DNA of 64,000 bases from the NCBI GenBank assembly GCA_038142325.1, contig JAYQJW010000002.1:1-64000 (forward strand), given 5' to 3'. The notes under the pieces are model-generated. The model was not told the DNA's origin. It was given only the letters and a program-made list of their open reading frames with translations, and ran no database searches. The DNA is from Gammaproteobacteria bacterium (GTDB taxonomy: Bacteria; Pseudomonadota; Gammaproteobacteria; GCA-002705445; GCA-002716945). The position numbers were made by a program, and so were the translations under genes. This document shows positions 36,853-48,331 of the stretch, one piece after another; within the stretch, counting starts at the first letter, position 1, and every line of letters begins with the position of its first letter.

Positions 36853-38210
36853 CAGGCTTTCTCTCAATAATGAGAGATATTAGAAAACCAAAAATAATTC
36901 CTGTCCATATATGAGTATTAATTCCAGAAAATAGCTCTATGGATAAAATAGGGAAAGCTAATGTACTCAAAAAAGTAATCCAACAAACTAATCCTTTCCT
37001 TGCATCACTTTTATAAAGAGATGACATTTTTTTTATTTTGATTAAAGGTATGACTGCAAAAATCACAATAATACCAAGTGTTGCCTCAGGTAAATCAAAA
37101 AGCAAAGGTGTTGCATATAGCAGAGTAATCATAACTATTAATGTTGTTGTAATTGAAGAAACAGGACTATAAGCGCCAACAGACTCATTGACAGCTGATC
37201 TAGAAAAAGATCCAGAGACAGGATAAGCTCCCGAAACACTGGATGCAATATTACCTAATCCTTGGCCAAATAATTCTTGGTTAGAATTCACGGGAGTTGG
37301 ATATTTATATAACTCAACACCTTTCGAGTTTTTAGAAGCCTCTTTTTGCTCTAACTGTCTAGCTATTGCTATCGCTTCCATAAAGCCAACAAAACTTATT
37401 ATCACAGTGTGAATAATAAACATGATAATTAATTCTGGACTTAGGTTAAATAACTTAAAAGAGAACTCAGGTAGTCCTTCTGGAATCTCTCCTACGATAG
37501 GGCCTTGATAATTAAATCCTTTAGATATGAATATTGTTATAACCACTGCTGCGAGCACGGCAATGTTTGCAAACAACTGATACCTTGTTAGTTTATTTTT
37601 AAAAATATATAAAACTATCAAAGCAACAAGAGACATCATTACAGCAGATTGATTAATTGGGGAATGTTGTAAAAAACTCTCAAAGTTTATTAGGTTAGTT
37701 ATAGTTACTTTGTCTAAGCCAAATACTTTACTGAGTTGAGAACTTGCAATGATTAATGCTGCTGCCGAGGTAAAACCAAGTATCACATGCTCTTTTAAAA
37801 CTATATCAATGAGCTTACCTGCTTTAGAAAGCGATAAGGTAATTTGAAAAATACCGACACTAAATGCGAGCATTATAGCTAGAGGTACATACATACTTTG
37901 GTCACCTAGCGATAAAGATGTTATTGCCACTGCGGTAAGCAGACTTACCATAGCAACCGGGCCAGTAGCTAGATACCTAGATGAACCAAAAAAGGCAGCT
38001 ATTGCTACAGGTATAAAAGATGCATATAAACCATAAATTGGTTCAAGATTAGCCAATGTTGCATATGCCATGGATTGTGGAATTATTATCATCGCAATTG
38101 TAGTCCCAGCAATGATGTCTCTTAAAAGATATTCTTTTTTTGAAAATGCATCAGGAAGCCATGATGCAAAATTTAGTACTAATGATTGAATGTATAAGAA
38201 ATAGTTGATT
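36842..38210 (-). CDS. SulP/SLC26 anion transporter without STAS domain
   Basis: DIIAG..IPQSMAYA.LA.L.P.YGLY, FGSSR.LATGP, NQEL.GQG..N, GSFSRSAVN; start approximate. Confidence 0.9.
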
Positions 38211-38261
38211 TTATACCTCAGTGAGACTCTATTAAGTTGCTATAATATAATTAAAAAAGAC

Positions 38262-39290
38262 ATGAAATACAAACGCCTTGCAAACACAGATATTGATGTC
38301 AGCCTAATTTGCTTAGGAACTATGACATATGGTGAACAAAATAGTGAGTCTGAAGCACATGAGCAATTAGATTATTCAATTTCTCAAGGAGTAAATTTTA
38401 TAGATACAGCTGAAATGTACGCAATACCACCAAAAGAGGAAACACAAGGAAAAACTGAAGAAATTATTGGCTCTTGGTTAGCAAAAAGAAATAACAGACA
38501 AGATATTATCCTTGCAACTAAAGTTGCTGGCCCTGGAATGGAATATCTACGTGGAGGCTCAAGATTAAATAAAAAACATATATTTGAAGCTGTAAATCAA
38601 TCACTGATGAGACTTCAGACTGATTATATTGATTTATATCAGGTTCACTGGCCAGAGAGAAAATCGAATTTTTTTGGAAGATTAGGTTATGAATATACTG
38701 ATGATATGGGAACGCCTATAGAAGAAACATTGCAAGCCATGTCTGATTTAGTAAGATCTGGTAAAGTACGACATATTGGTATATCCAACGAAACACCATG
38801 GGGAACAAATAAATATCTTCAGTTAGCAAATGAAAAAAACAAGAAAAAATTGTATCTATACAAAATCCATATTCATTATTGAATCGAATCTATGAGGTGG
38901 GTTTAGCAGAAATTTCACAACATGAAAACGTAGGCTTACTTGCATACTCTCCCCTGGGTTTTGGACAACTTACAGGAAAGTATATTAAAAAAACGGATAA
39001 GAATTCACGTCTTGGCTCTATATGGAGACTGGTTTACAAGATACAGTAATAATGAATGTCTTAAGTCTGTAAAAGCTTATGCGAAAATAGCAGAAAAATA
39101 TGATATGTCACTAACTCACCTAGCTCTTGCGTTTGTAAATTCTCAGCCTTTTGTAACATCAAATATAATTGGAGCAACCACAATGGATCAACTGAGAGAA
39201 AATATTGAATCTGTTAATATTGAACTTAGTGAAGATATTTTAGAAGAGATTAATCAAGTTCACTCATCTCAACCAAATCCAGCACCATAA
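38262..39290 (+). CDS. tas: Aldo/keto reductase, Tas-like (frameshifted)
   Basis: CLGTMTYGEQN, NFIDTAEMY, LATKV, LQTDYIDLYQVHWP, ISNETPWG, IIGAT. Confidence 0.88.
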
Positions 39291-39315
39291 AAATAATTTC
39301 TTCAAGCAAAGTGGT

Positions 39316-39987
39316 TTATAATTCTTTGTTTAATTTCATCCATATCGCTGAATACTTTAATGATATAGTTTCAATGTTAATAACACCTGGTTTTATTATC
39401 AACGAGTTTTTGCTCCAGTACTTTCCTGCATCATGATTCATTAATATAGATTCCATCTTCAAGACATCAAGAATTTTAAAAATTCCCTTTTTCAAACTTG
39501 ATTGCTCACCATAAGCTATTCTAGTACCCTCAGGAAAAATAATAAGTGTTCGATTTTTATTTATATGATCACCACATGACTTAATAATTTTTTTAGAGAC
39601 TTCCTTCCATCTGCCCTATCTAATGGATATATTCTTCAACAGATATAAACACCAACCAAAAATAGGAATCATTAGAAGCTCTTTCTTTAGAATAAATATC
39701 GGCTTTTGAACAAATGCAGCTAGAAATATAGTCTCCCATGCTGATTGATGCCTTGAGATAATAAGCTGGGATGAGTTAAATCAGGCCCTGATAATTTAAA
39801 CGATAAAGAACAAAAGTATTTCAAAAAAAAAGATTATATCTACACCAAATCTTAGAAATTAGTTTAAACATAGCCTGTATGAAAATAAACCAAGTAAAAA
39901 TGCAATTGGTCCTATCAAAAAAACAGATAAAACTAAATTGATCCAAAACAGTATAGATTTAAATATTAAGAATGTATTGCTTATCAT
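39316..39987 (-). CDS. plsC: 1-acyl-sn-glycerol-3-phosphate acyltransferase (frameshifted)
   Basis: Read manually: SRHQSAWET, ILKKELLMIPIFGW, IIFPEGTR; follows gmhB. Confidence 0.85.
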
Positions 39988-40519
39988 AATCTATAACAAA
40001 TTGTGCTGCATCATATAAACAATCAAACATATCTATATTAGGCATTGAATTAGAAATTTCCTCTCCGTTGCCTGTTCTTACACCCAATGGTTTACATCCA
40101 GATGAAAGTGCAGCTTCCATGTCACGTGGTGAATCACCTATTGCAAAAACATCAGTCAAATCAAGATTTAGTCTTTGTGATATTTCTAAATACATGCCGG
40201 GCTTGGGTTTACGATTAATAGAATTAGAATCTGGATGATCAAAACAGTAATAGGTCAGATAAATACTTGCACCTATGTTACTGCAACTATTTATAAACTT
40301 TTTATGTATCGTTAACGAGTCAGAATAATTTATTATTCCACGGCTAACACCAGCTTGATTGGAAATAATTATAATTTTGTACTGGTTTTGAGTGAGAAGA
40401 TTAAGAGCTTCTAGGCTCTTAGGAATAGGGTTCCATTCATGTGCTTTTTTAATGTATTCTGAAGAATCAAAATTAATTACACCATCACGATCTAGAATAA
40501 TATACTTGCTCTTAGTCAT
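39959..40519 (-). CDS. gmhB: D-glycero-D-manno-heptose 1,7-bisphosphate phosphatase
   Basis: LDRDGVIN, SNQAG, RKPKPGM, IGDS.RD, VRTGNG. Confidence 0.9.
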   Translation of the reverse strand: MTKSKYIILDRDGVINFDSSEYIKKAHEWNPIPKSLEALNLLTQNQYKIIIISNQAGVSRGIINYSDSLTIHKKFINSCSNIGASIYLTYYCFDHPDSNSINRKPKPGMYLEISQRLNLDLTDVFAIGDSPRDMEAALSSGCKPLGVRTGNGEEISNSMPNIDMFDCLYDAAQFVIDYDKQYILNI

Positions 40520-41871
40520 TAGAAAAGTAATTAGAGAAGTGTGATTTTAATTCTGTTTTAAGCATTACGGATTGTTCCAATGAATCGCGATCACGAATAG
40601 TTACAGTATTTTTTTATAAGCTATCAAAGTCTACAGTTATGCAAATTGGTGTCCCAATTTCATCGTGTTTTCTATAGCTTTTACCTATGTTACCAGTATT
40701 TTCAACAACTGTTCTACCTAGCTGAAGTGACTGTAATGAGGATTTAATTGAATGTGCCAAGTTTACAAGATCGGAATTATTTCTTTTTAAAGGTATGACT
40801 GCAGCTTTGATAGGAGATAAATGTTTCTTCAGCTTAAGGACTGTCCTACTCTTATCGTCGGCTAGCTCTTCAACAGTATATGCTTCATTTAATAGAGCTA
40901 ATACACCTCTATCTACACCTGCTGATGGTTCAATAACGTAAGGCGTTATCCATGATTTATCTTCTGATTGTACAGCTAGTCGAGTATTAGACGAGTTATT
41001 AGCTTTTACATTAGATGATAAATTAAGTTCAGATTGATTCTTTGTATGAGAACCCAAATCAAAGTCCGTTCGATTTGCAATTCCCTCTAACTCTTCATTT
41101 CCATGTGGAAATTCATACATAATATCAACTGTTGCTTTAGAATAGTGAGCTAAATCATCGCCAGTAACATCTAGTAAATTTAATTTATCTTTGGGAATGC
41201 CTTGTTGAATCCACCAATTAACTCTCTCATCTACCCATATCTTGTGCCATTTGTCATCTTCACCAGGTAATACAAAAAACTCCAACTCCATTTGCTCAAA
41301 TTCTCTGACTCGGAATATAAAGTTTCTTGGTGTAATTTCGTTTCTAAAAGATTTACCAATCTGTGCGATACCAAATGGTAACGATCTTGATGTTGAATCT
41401 AAAACATTTTTGAAATTTATAAAAATTTGTTGAGCAGTTTCAGGCCTTAAGTATGCAGTTGATGAATCATCGATAACAGGGCCTACATTAGTTTTAAGCA
41501 TAAGATTAAAAGCTCTTGGTTCAGTTAAATTTTTTGATCCACAGTTTGGGACATTGATCATCTATTTGGTCTTGTCTCCATCTTGATTTACAGTCTTTAC
41601 AATCAACCATTGGATCTGTGAATGTGTCTTGGTGCCCGGAATAATTTAGTACATCTGGATGTGTAAGTATTGATGTATCTAAACCTTCTATATCATCACG
41701 ATTATAAACAACAGATTTCCACCAAGAGTTTTTTAGATTATTTTTGAGTTCTACACCTAGTGGACCATAATCATAGACGCCCTGCATACCTCCATAAATT
41801 TCATTGGATTGGAATATGAACCCTCTTCTTTTGCAGAGAGCTACAAGCTCTTCCATGGTGTTTGCTGTCAA
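40512..41871 (-). CDS. glyQS: Glycine--tRNA ligase, homodimeric alpha2 type (frameshifted)
   Basis: [60 protein letters not shown]. Confidence 0.93.
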
Positions 41872-41974
41872 TTTAACTCCTAACGAATAGAGAAATTATA
41901 CTTGGATATATTGCAAGTTGTATAAATTTTTATTCTAAATATCACTTATTTAGATTTATATTTATCATTATTTA

Positions 41975-42033
41975 TGCTCATTTATTGTGCATATGCATTA
42001 ATTATAGTGATATATATGTACTATTTATGTGCA
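41975..42033. promoter_or_regulatory. Putative NtrC boxes upstream of glnA
   Basis: TGCTCA-N5-TGTGCA (41975-41991) and TGTACT-N5-TGTGCA (42017-42033), 42 bp apart, resemble TGCACC-N5-GGTGCA. Confidence 0.6.
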
Positions 42034-42072
42034 TATATTGTTATAATATAGGGCATAGTATAGTGATATAAG

Positions 42073-42088
42073 TGGCATGATAAATGCA
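42073..42088 (+). promoter_or_regulatory. Sigma-54 (-24/-12) promoter of glnA
   Basis: TGGCATGATAAATGCA has exact GG-N10-GC spacing, about 40 bp before the ATG with a GAGGA RBS. Confidence 0.8.
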
Positions 42089-42130
42089 TTATATGTAATG
42101 CATAAATAAAAAACACTAGTGAGGATAAAA

Positions 42131-43544
42131 ATGAGTGCAAAAGATATATTAAAGCTGGTCGAGGAAAAAGAGGCTAAGTTCATCGATTACAGGTTTACAA
42201 ACACACAAGGAAAAGAACAAGCATGTCACAGTAACAGCTACAGAAGATGGCATTAATACCGATTGTGACGAGGGGAAAATGTTCGATGGTTCGTCTATAG
42301 CAGGTTGGAAAGATATTAATGAATCGGACATGATTCTTATGCCAGATACTTCAACTGCATTTGCTGATCCGTTCTATGATGAGCCAACAATCAATGTTAC
42401 ATGTGACGTAATAGAGCCTGCAGACGGATCCAGCTATGAAAAAGACCCTCGAGGAATAGCAAAAAAGGCAGAAAAATATTTAGCAGATTCAGGTATAGCA
42501 GATACCGCGTACTTTGGTCCTGAAAATGAATTTTTTGTCTTTGATGATGTTAAATTTGAAGACAAAATTGGTAGCTGCTTCTTTAAAGTAGACTCAACAG
42601 AAGCGTGCTGGAATAGTGGCAAAGACTATGAAGATGGAAACATGGGTCACAGACCTGGTGTAAAAGGTGGTTATTTTCCTGTACCCCCAGTTGATGCCTT
42701 ACAAGATTGTAGATCTGCAATGATAACAACGCTTCAAGAAGTTGGCGTGAAATGTGAAGTACATCATCATGAAGTTGCAACTGCTGGTCAATGTGAGATA
42801 GGAACACTATTTAACACCCTTGTAACTAAAGCTGATGAAGTACAAAAATATAAATATGTAGTTCAAAATGTTGCACATGCATTTGGCAAAACAGCCACAT
42901 TTATGCCTAAGCCAGTTGTTGGTGATAATGGAACTGGTATGCATGTCCATCAATCACTTTCTAAAGATGGCAATAATATATTTGCAGGTGATAAGTATGG
43001 AAATTTATCACAAGAAGCGCTTTGGTACATTGGTGGCATTATCAAACACGCACGTGCACTTAATGCATTCACTAATGCATCAACTAATAGTTATAAAAGA
43101 TTAATACCGGGTTTTGAGGCGCCTGTAATATTAACTTATTCAGCAAGAAATAGATCTGCATCAATCAGGATTCCATATGTCATGAGTGACAAGGCAAGAA
43201 GGATTGAAGTAAGATTCCCAGATTCCACTGCTAATCCATATCTAGCTTTCTCTGCAATGATGATGGCAGGCCTTGATGGAATTAAAAACCAAATAGATCC
43301 TGGTCCAGCAATGGATAAAGATTTATTTGCAATCAGCAGAGAAGAAGAATCAATGTTACCTACAGTTGCACCTGGACTTGACGTAGCATTAGATGCTCTA
43401 GACAAAGATAGAGAATTCTTAAATGCTGGTGATGTTTTCACTAATAATATGATTGATTCGTACATTGATCTAAAAATGGATGAAGTTCAAAGATTAAGAC
43501 AATCTACTCATCCATGTGAATTTGAGATGTACTATAGTCTATAA
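42131..43544 (+). CDS. glnA: Glutamine synthetase type I (frameshift near 42210)
   Basis: [56 protein letters not shown]. Confidence 0.97.
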
Positions 43545-43554
43545 CTTAGAATAT

Positions 43555-43579
43555 CATGCTGCCCGTAATGGGCAGCATG
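43555..43579. repeat. Intercistronic inverted repeat between glnA and ntrB
   Basis: CATGCTGCCC-GTAAT-GGGCAGCATG, perfect 10-bp stem, no U-tract. Confidence 0.8.
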
Positions 43580-43587
43580 TGAATGAA

Positions 43588-44670
43588 ATGGAATTGCAAA
43601 AAAAGGTACAACTAGACTCTAAATTTCTTCTAGATATTTTAGAGAATATATCAACATCAGTTGTAGTACTAAATGAAGATGGCTCTTATTTATTTGTTAA
43701 TAGTTCAGCGTTAGATCTTTTAGGTCTAAGTAATAAATTCCCTAATCTATCCTCATTAAAACCAATTATTGGTCATATGAGTATCGATTTTCATATTAAG
43801 TCTGTCAATGAAGATAATCATTCTAAGATGCTTAGAGATTTCAAATTTAAGAATTTTGAGGGTCATGAAAAGATTGTTGATTGTAATATATCGCAAGCAT
43901 CCTTTGAAAACAAAAATGTTACGTTAATTGAATTCACTGAAACAGGACGATTATACACTATTTCTATTGAACAAAATTTGATTGAACAAGAACGCGCTAC
44001 GCGAGAGATGATTAAAGGCCTTTCTCATGAAATTAAAAATCCACTTGGTGGTATTCTAGGTGCTGCACAGATTTTAGAAAAATCATTAGATCCCTCATAT
44101 GGAAAATTTACAAACATTATTAAAAAAGAGACAGGGCGATTAGTAAATCTTCTTAATGATATGGCGCTGCCAGTTACATCAGTAAACAAATCATTGATTA
44201 ATATTCATGAAGTAACAGAACATGTAATAGATTTATTCCAATTTGACTTAAAAAATAAAAATATTATTTTCGAAAAAGATTATGATCCAAGTATACCTGA
44301 CATAGAAACAAATAAAGAACAATTGATACAGGCTTTGATTAATCTCGTGCGTAATTCTGTACAAGCACTGGATTACAAAGGCAATGTAACTTTAAAAACA
44401 AGAGCGGAGCCTAGCTATACTATTGGAAGTTCTAAATACTCACTAGTTGCTAAGATTGAGGTCATAGATAATGGCCCAGGTATACCTGACGATAAACTTA
44501 AAGAAATTTTTTACCCTATGGTTAGTACAAAAACTGAAGGGATGGGTCTGGGCCTTACTATTGCACAGTCTATTATTATGCAAAATTCTGGACTAATTGA
44601 GTGTACTAGCAAAAAACGTGAAACCATTTTTACAATTGTTTTACCTGTAAAGGGCGATATAAATGAATAA
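43588..44670 (+). CDS. glnL: Nitrogen regulation sensor kinase NtrB
   Basis: PAS domain, GLSHEIKNPLGGI.GAAQ, DYDPSIP, NLVRN, DNGPG, IFYPMV, GMGLGL. Confidence 0.92.
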   Translation: MELQKKVQLDSKFLLDILENISTSVVVLNEDGSYLFVNSSALDLLGLSNKFPNLSSLKPIIGHMSIDFHIKSVNEDNHSKMLRDFKFKNFEGHEKIVDCNISQASFENKNVTLIEFTETGRLYTISIEQNLIEQERATREMIKGLSHEIKNPLGGILGAAQILEKSLDPSYGKFTNIIKKETGRLVNLLNDMALPVTSVNKSLINIHEVTEHVIDLFQFDLKNKNIIFEKDYDPSIPDIETNKEQLIQALINLVRNSVQALDYKGNVTLKTRAEPSYTIGSSKYSLVAKIEVIDNGPGIPDDKLKEIFYPMVSTKTEGMGLGLTIAQSIIMQNSGLIECTSKKRETIFTIVLPVKGDINE

Positions 44671-46060
44671 AGTTTGGATTATAGATGACGAGGAGAGCAT
44701 AAGAACAATATGTACAAGTGCCCTTGAGGATTTATTTGATGTTGAATCCTTTGGAAATGCATCCGAGGCTTTACTATCACTAAACTCATATCAACCTGAT
44801 CTTATAATTACAGATATTAAAATGCCCGGTATGTCAGGTCTAGAGTTTTTAGATAAGGTATCAGAAAAGTTTCCTAATATTCCAACCATTATAATAACTG
44901 CTCATGCAAATATAGATAATGCATTATCTGCATATAAAGGTGGCGCATTTGAATATTTAACTAAACCCTTTGATATAGATGAAATAAGAAAGCTTTCTAT
45001 AAAGGCTACTAGATCAAAAAGTAATGAAAACAAACATATAAGCGTTGATTCTACTAATAATATTATTGGAAAGGCAGATTCTATGCAGGATGTATTTAAA
45101 GCAATTGGTAAAATTTCCAAAACTGATATTACAGTGCTTATCAGAGGAGAATCAGGTACTGGAAAAGAATTAATTGCTCAGTCTGTTCATGAAAATAGTC
45201 CTCGCAGTAAAAAACCATTCATAGCTATCAATGTAGCAGCTATACCACATGAATTATTAGAAAGTGAACTTTTTGGCCATGAAAAAGGATCATTTACTGG
45301 CGCGCAATCTCAAAGAATTGGAAGATTTGAGCAGGCACTGGGCGGAACATTATTTCTTGATGAAATTGGAGACATGCACCCTGAGTTGCAAACAAGATTG
45401 CTTAGAGTCTTATCAAGTCATGAATTTTATAGAGTAGGTGGACAAAAACCAATCAAATCAGACGTAAGGATTATTGCTGCTACTAATCAAAATATTGAGA
45501 AATTAATTAAGACAGGTTAATTTAGAGAAGATCTCTATCATCGTCTTAATGTCTTTAGAATAGAACTTCCTCCACTTAGAAGTAGAAAAGAAGATATACC
45601 AGATTTAGTTAATTACTTTTTGACTAAAAGTGCTAGTGAACTTAATACTGATAAAAAAACTATTGATGAAAATGCTAAACAAGTCTTAAATAAATATGAT
45701 TGGCCTGGAAATATTAGACAACTAGAGAATATTTGTAGGTATATGACAGTGATGGCACCATCCTCTTCTATTACAAGTGATGATTTACCTGATGAAATTA
45801 AAGGTTCTTATGAAAATGGTGTTTCTAATGCTAGTGATGAGATGTTTGATACAAATATATCCTGGGAACAGAATCTATCAAGTCATATTAAACAGGTAGT
45901 ATCTGAAACAAATGACTTAAGCGTGTTTTCTAGGGAATTAGAGAAGTTATTGTTAAAGGAAGCCTTATCAGCATGCAATGGAAAAAGGATAGATGCTGCA
46001 AAAATACTTGGGCTTGGAAGAAACACAATTACAAGAAAAATAAAAGAATTAGATTTGTAA
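44663..46060 (+). CDS. glnG: Nitrogen regulation response regulator NtrC (in-frame TAA at 45518-45520, likely an error)
   Basis: Receiver DIKMPG, GESGTGKE, ESELFGHEKGSFTGA, FREDL..RL, WPGNIRQL, HTH AAKILGLGRNTITRK. Confidence 0.93.
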
Positions 46061-47062
46061 AAATTCTTTAAGTAATCTTTCGCGCTCCGAGTTCCTAGAC
46101 TTTAAAATATCATATAAAAGTTTTGTTAAACCATTAGATATATACTTTGATTTTTCTACAAGCGTTTGACAGCAATCATAGCCCTCAACTGTTCCTATAC
46201 TATTTTTAGCATCTGTAACTCTTGTGTTTGGATTAGATATAAGTTTCCCAAATTGATAATTACGAGATTGATTCTGTTTACAAGTTAGAATCATGTCACC
46301 TATATAACCAGGAGAAGAGATAATTTCTTCTTTCTCATGGGTCAGATTAATGAGCTATCCCTTTATATTCATTACCATGAAGAAATTCCCACATTTCTAA
46401 CGCCTGATGCCATGTCTCATCACAAGCCTTTTTGATAATTTTATTTGTATGAACACCCTTTTTAAAATATTCATCTGTCATGCCACATATAATTGCAGCA
46501 ATGTTTTTTATAATTCCTGCAATCTCAATATGATAAATATATTTTGTTGGAATCATCTTAAAATATGTACCTTGATTTCATCAGACATGCTTTGTGATAA
46601 ATCATCATCTAAGATGCAAAGGACACAGCAATTGTTCTCTCATCACATAAATCCTTTGCAAAAGAAGGCCCAGATATGAGTCCATATTTTTGTATGTTTG
46701 TAAATTTATTGAATACCAAATCACTAAAAAATTTTCCACTTTGATGATCAATGCCTTTTGTCAAAGATATTAGAGCTTGTTAATCTACTAAAGTAACTCT
46801 CATAGTCATCTAGAAGATCGCTAAAGCCTTTACTGTTAACAGCAATAATATTTATTTCATTATCATGTTGAAGATCATTAAGTGAATCTAATGGTTTAAT
46901 GTGATTAGGTGTTATATTACTAAGTCCAATTTTTTGAATATTTTCAGCTTCTAAACTTATATTTCTTCTGAATATTTCAACATCATGACCTAATTTTAGA
47001 AGATATTCTGAAAAAGCTAAGCCCCAAACACCAGCGCCGATTACTCTAAATCTAGATTGCAT
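46049..47062 (-). CDS. gpsA: NAD(P)H-dependent glycerol-3-phosphate dehydrogenase (fragmented)
   Basis: VIGAGVWG, TKG, SGPSFA, EIAGIIKNIAAIICG, GDMILTC....SRN..FG, VEG; follows secB. Confidence 0.88.
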
Positions 47063-47496
47063 TAACTATCTTTGCGTTTATCTAGTTCGTTTTGATAGAT
47101 AGTGTGAAAATCAATTGGTGATAAAAATAGTGGTGGAAAACCACCTTTTTGAATAACATTTGAAATATTTTCTCGCGCATATGGATATACAATTTCTGCA
47201 CAATGAACATTTAGAAATCTTTTTCTCATTGCTTCATCATCCGTAGAAATAGAAAAAACGCCACATTGTTTCAATTCAACCAAGTATAGTGTTTTATCCT
47301 CAACCTCAGCTTTAACATTAAAAAAAAGTGTAAGTTCATAAATATCATCGGTTATGTTATTGATATTTGATTCAAAGTTAAAACCGACCTTAGGCGATGA
47401 TGACATATTCGTAAATACATCTGGTGTCATCGGTGATTCAAATGATAAATCCTTAAGATAAATTCTTTGAATATTAAATTGAACTTGATTAGCCAT
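47062..47496 (-). CDS. secB: Protein-export chaperone SecB
   Basis: IQRIYLKDLSFESP, YPYARE, GGFPPL.L.PIDF. Confidence 0.95.
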   Translation of the reverse strand: MANQVQFNIQRIYLKDLSFESPMTPDVFTNMSSSPKVGFNFESNINNITDDIYELTLFFNVKAEVEDKTLYLVELKQCGVFSISTDDEAMRKRFLNVHCAEIVYPYARENISNVIQKGGFPPLFLSPIDFHTIYQNELDKRKDS

Positions 47497-47904
47497 TATG
47501 AACCCTCAACAAGTGGGAAGTTATTTTCAATCCAAGATTGTATCCCGCCCTCAAGATATAAAACAGTTATAGAATTATTTTTTGATATTTTTTCCGCGCT
47601 GCTAATTGATGATGCTTCATCTTTATCGTAAACAACTACTTCATCATGATCAATTTTTTTGTCAGAATTAATATCAAATAATATTGCATTTGATATATGT
47701 CCTTTTTTAAATTCAGACTTTTCTCTTGTATCTAATAAAATAATTTTATTATCATTTATCTTTGGTTACAAGATCATTACAGTTAATCACTTTAAATTTT
47801 TTTGTAAAATTTTTTATCTCGAAAGAAATTATTAAATAAATAAATATAAATAATGCAACTGATAAAACAGGGTGATTTAAAATAAATTCTAATGAGTTAT
47901 CCAT
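47496..47904 (-). CDS. Rhodanese-like protein, YibN type (frameshift near 47765)
   Basis: N-terminal TM, LDTR..EFKKGHISNA, LEGGIQSW..NFPL. Confidence 0.85.
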
Positions 47905-47912
47905 TGGATGGA

Positions 47913-48254
47913 TTAGTTGTGTTTAGAACAAAAAACTTCTCTCATCATATCGATTAGCTTTAATGTTTTAAAATCACTGACTTTGTAGAAAACTTTATTT
48001 GCATCTTTTCGAGCTGATAAAATACCTTTATCTCTTAAAATAGCTAGATGCTGTGAGATGTTACTTTGAGATGTGCCTACGTTATCAACGATATCTTGCA
48101 CACTAAATTCTCCCTCACCAAGCTTACACAAAATCATGAGTCTAAGCGGATGAGACATGGCTTTTAGGGAGCGTGAGGCTGTTTCTATATCTTTTTCTTG
48201 ATCTGCTGAAGAGTAGTCGATTTTCTCGTCCAGCTGTACTTGCTCGTTATCCAT
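47913..48254 (-). CDS. ArsR/SmtB family transcription factor
   Basis: LKAMSHPLRL.ILC.L, SQSNISQHLAILR, VFC. Confidence 0.92.
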   Translation of the reverse strand: MDNEQVQLDEKIDYSSADQEKDIETASRSLKAMSHPLRLMILCKLGEGEFSVQDIVDNVGTSQSNISQHLAILRDKGILSARKDANKVFYKVSDFKTLKLIDMMREVFCSKHN

Positions 48255-48331
48255 TGTATTATTATATACCTATATTAGATGAAACTAATAATAAAAATAT
48301 AAATAAAGTGCTATTATTGTTTTGATTTACT

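Noticed and set aside
42149-43465. Antisense and alternate-frame ORFs within glnA, and similar ones in acs, ctpA, manC, glmS and glmU
   Set aside because: Shadow ORFs of well-supported genes, with no motifs of their own.
45288-45305. GSFTGA instead of GAFTGA in NtrC
   Set aside because: Common variant in enhancer-binding proteins, and a good sigma-54 promoter is present.
45518-45520. Stop-codon readthrough or alternative genetic code in ntrC
   Set aside because: Isolated in-frame TAA; all three stops end normal genes elsewhere, so a base miscall is simpler.
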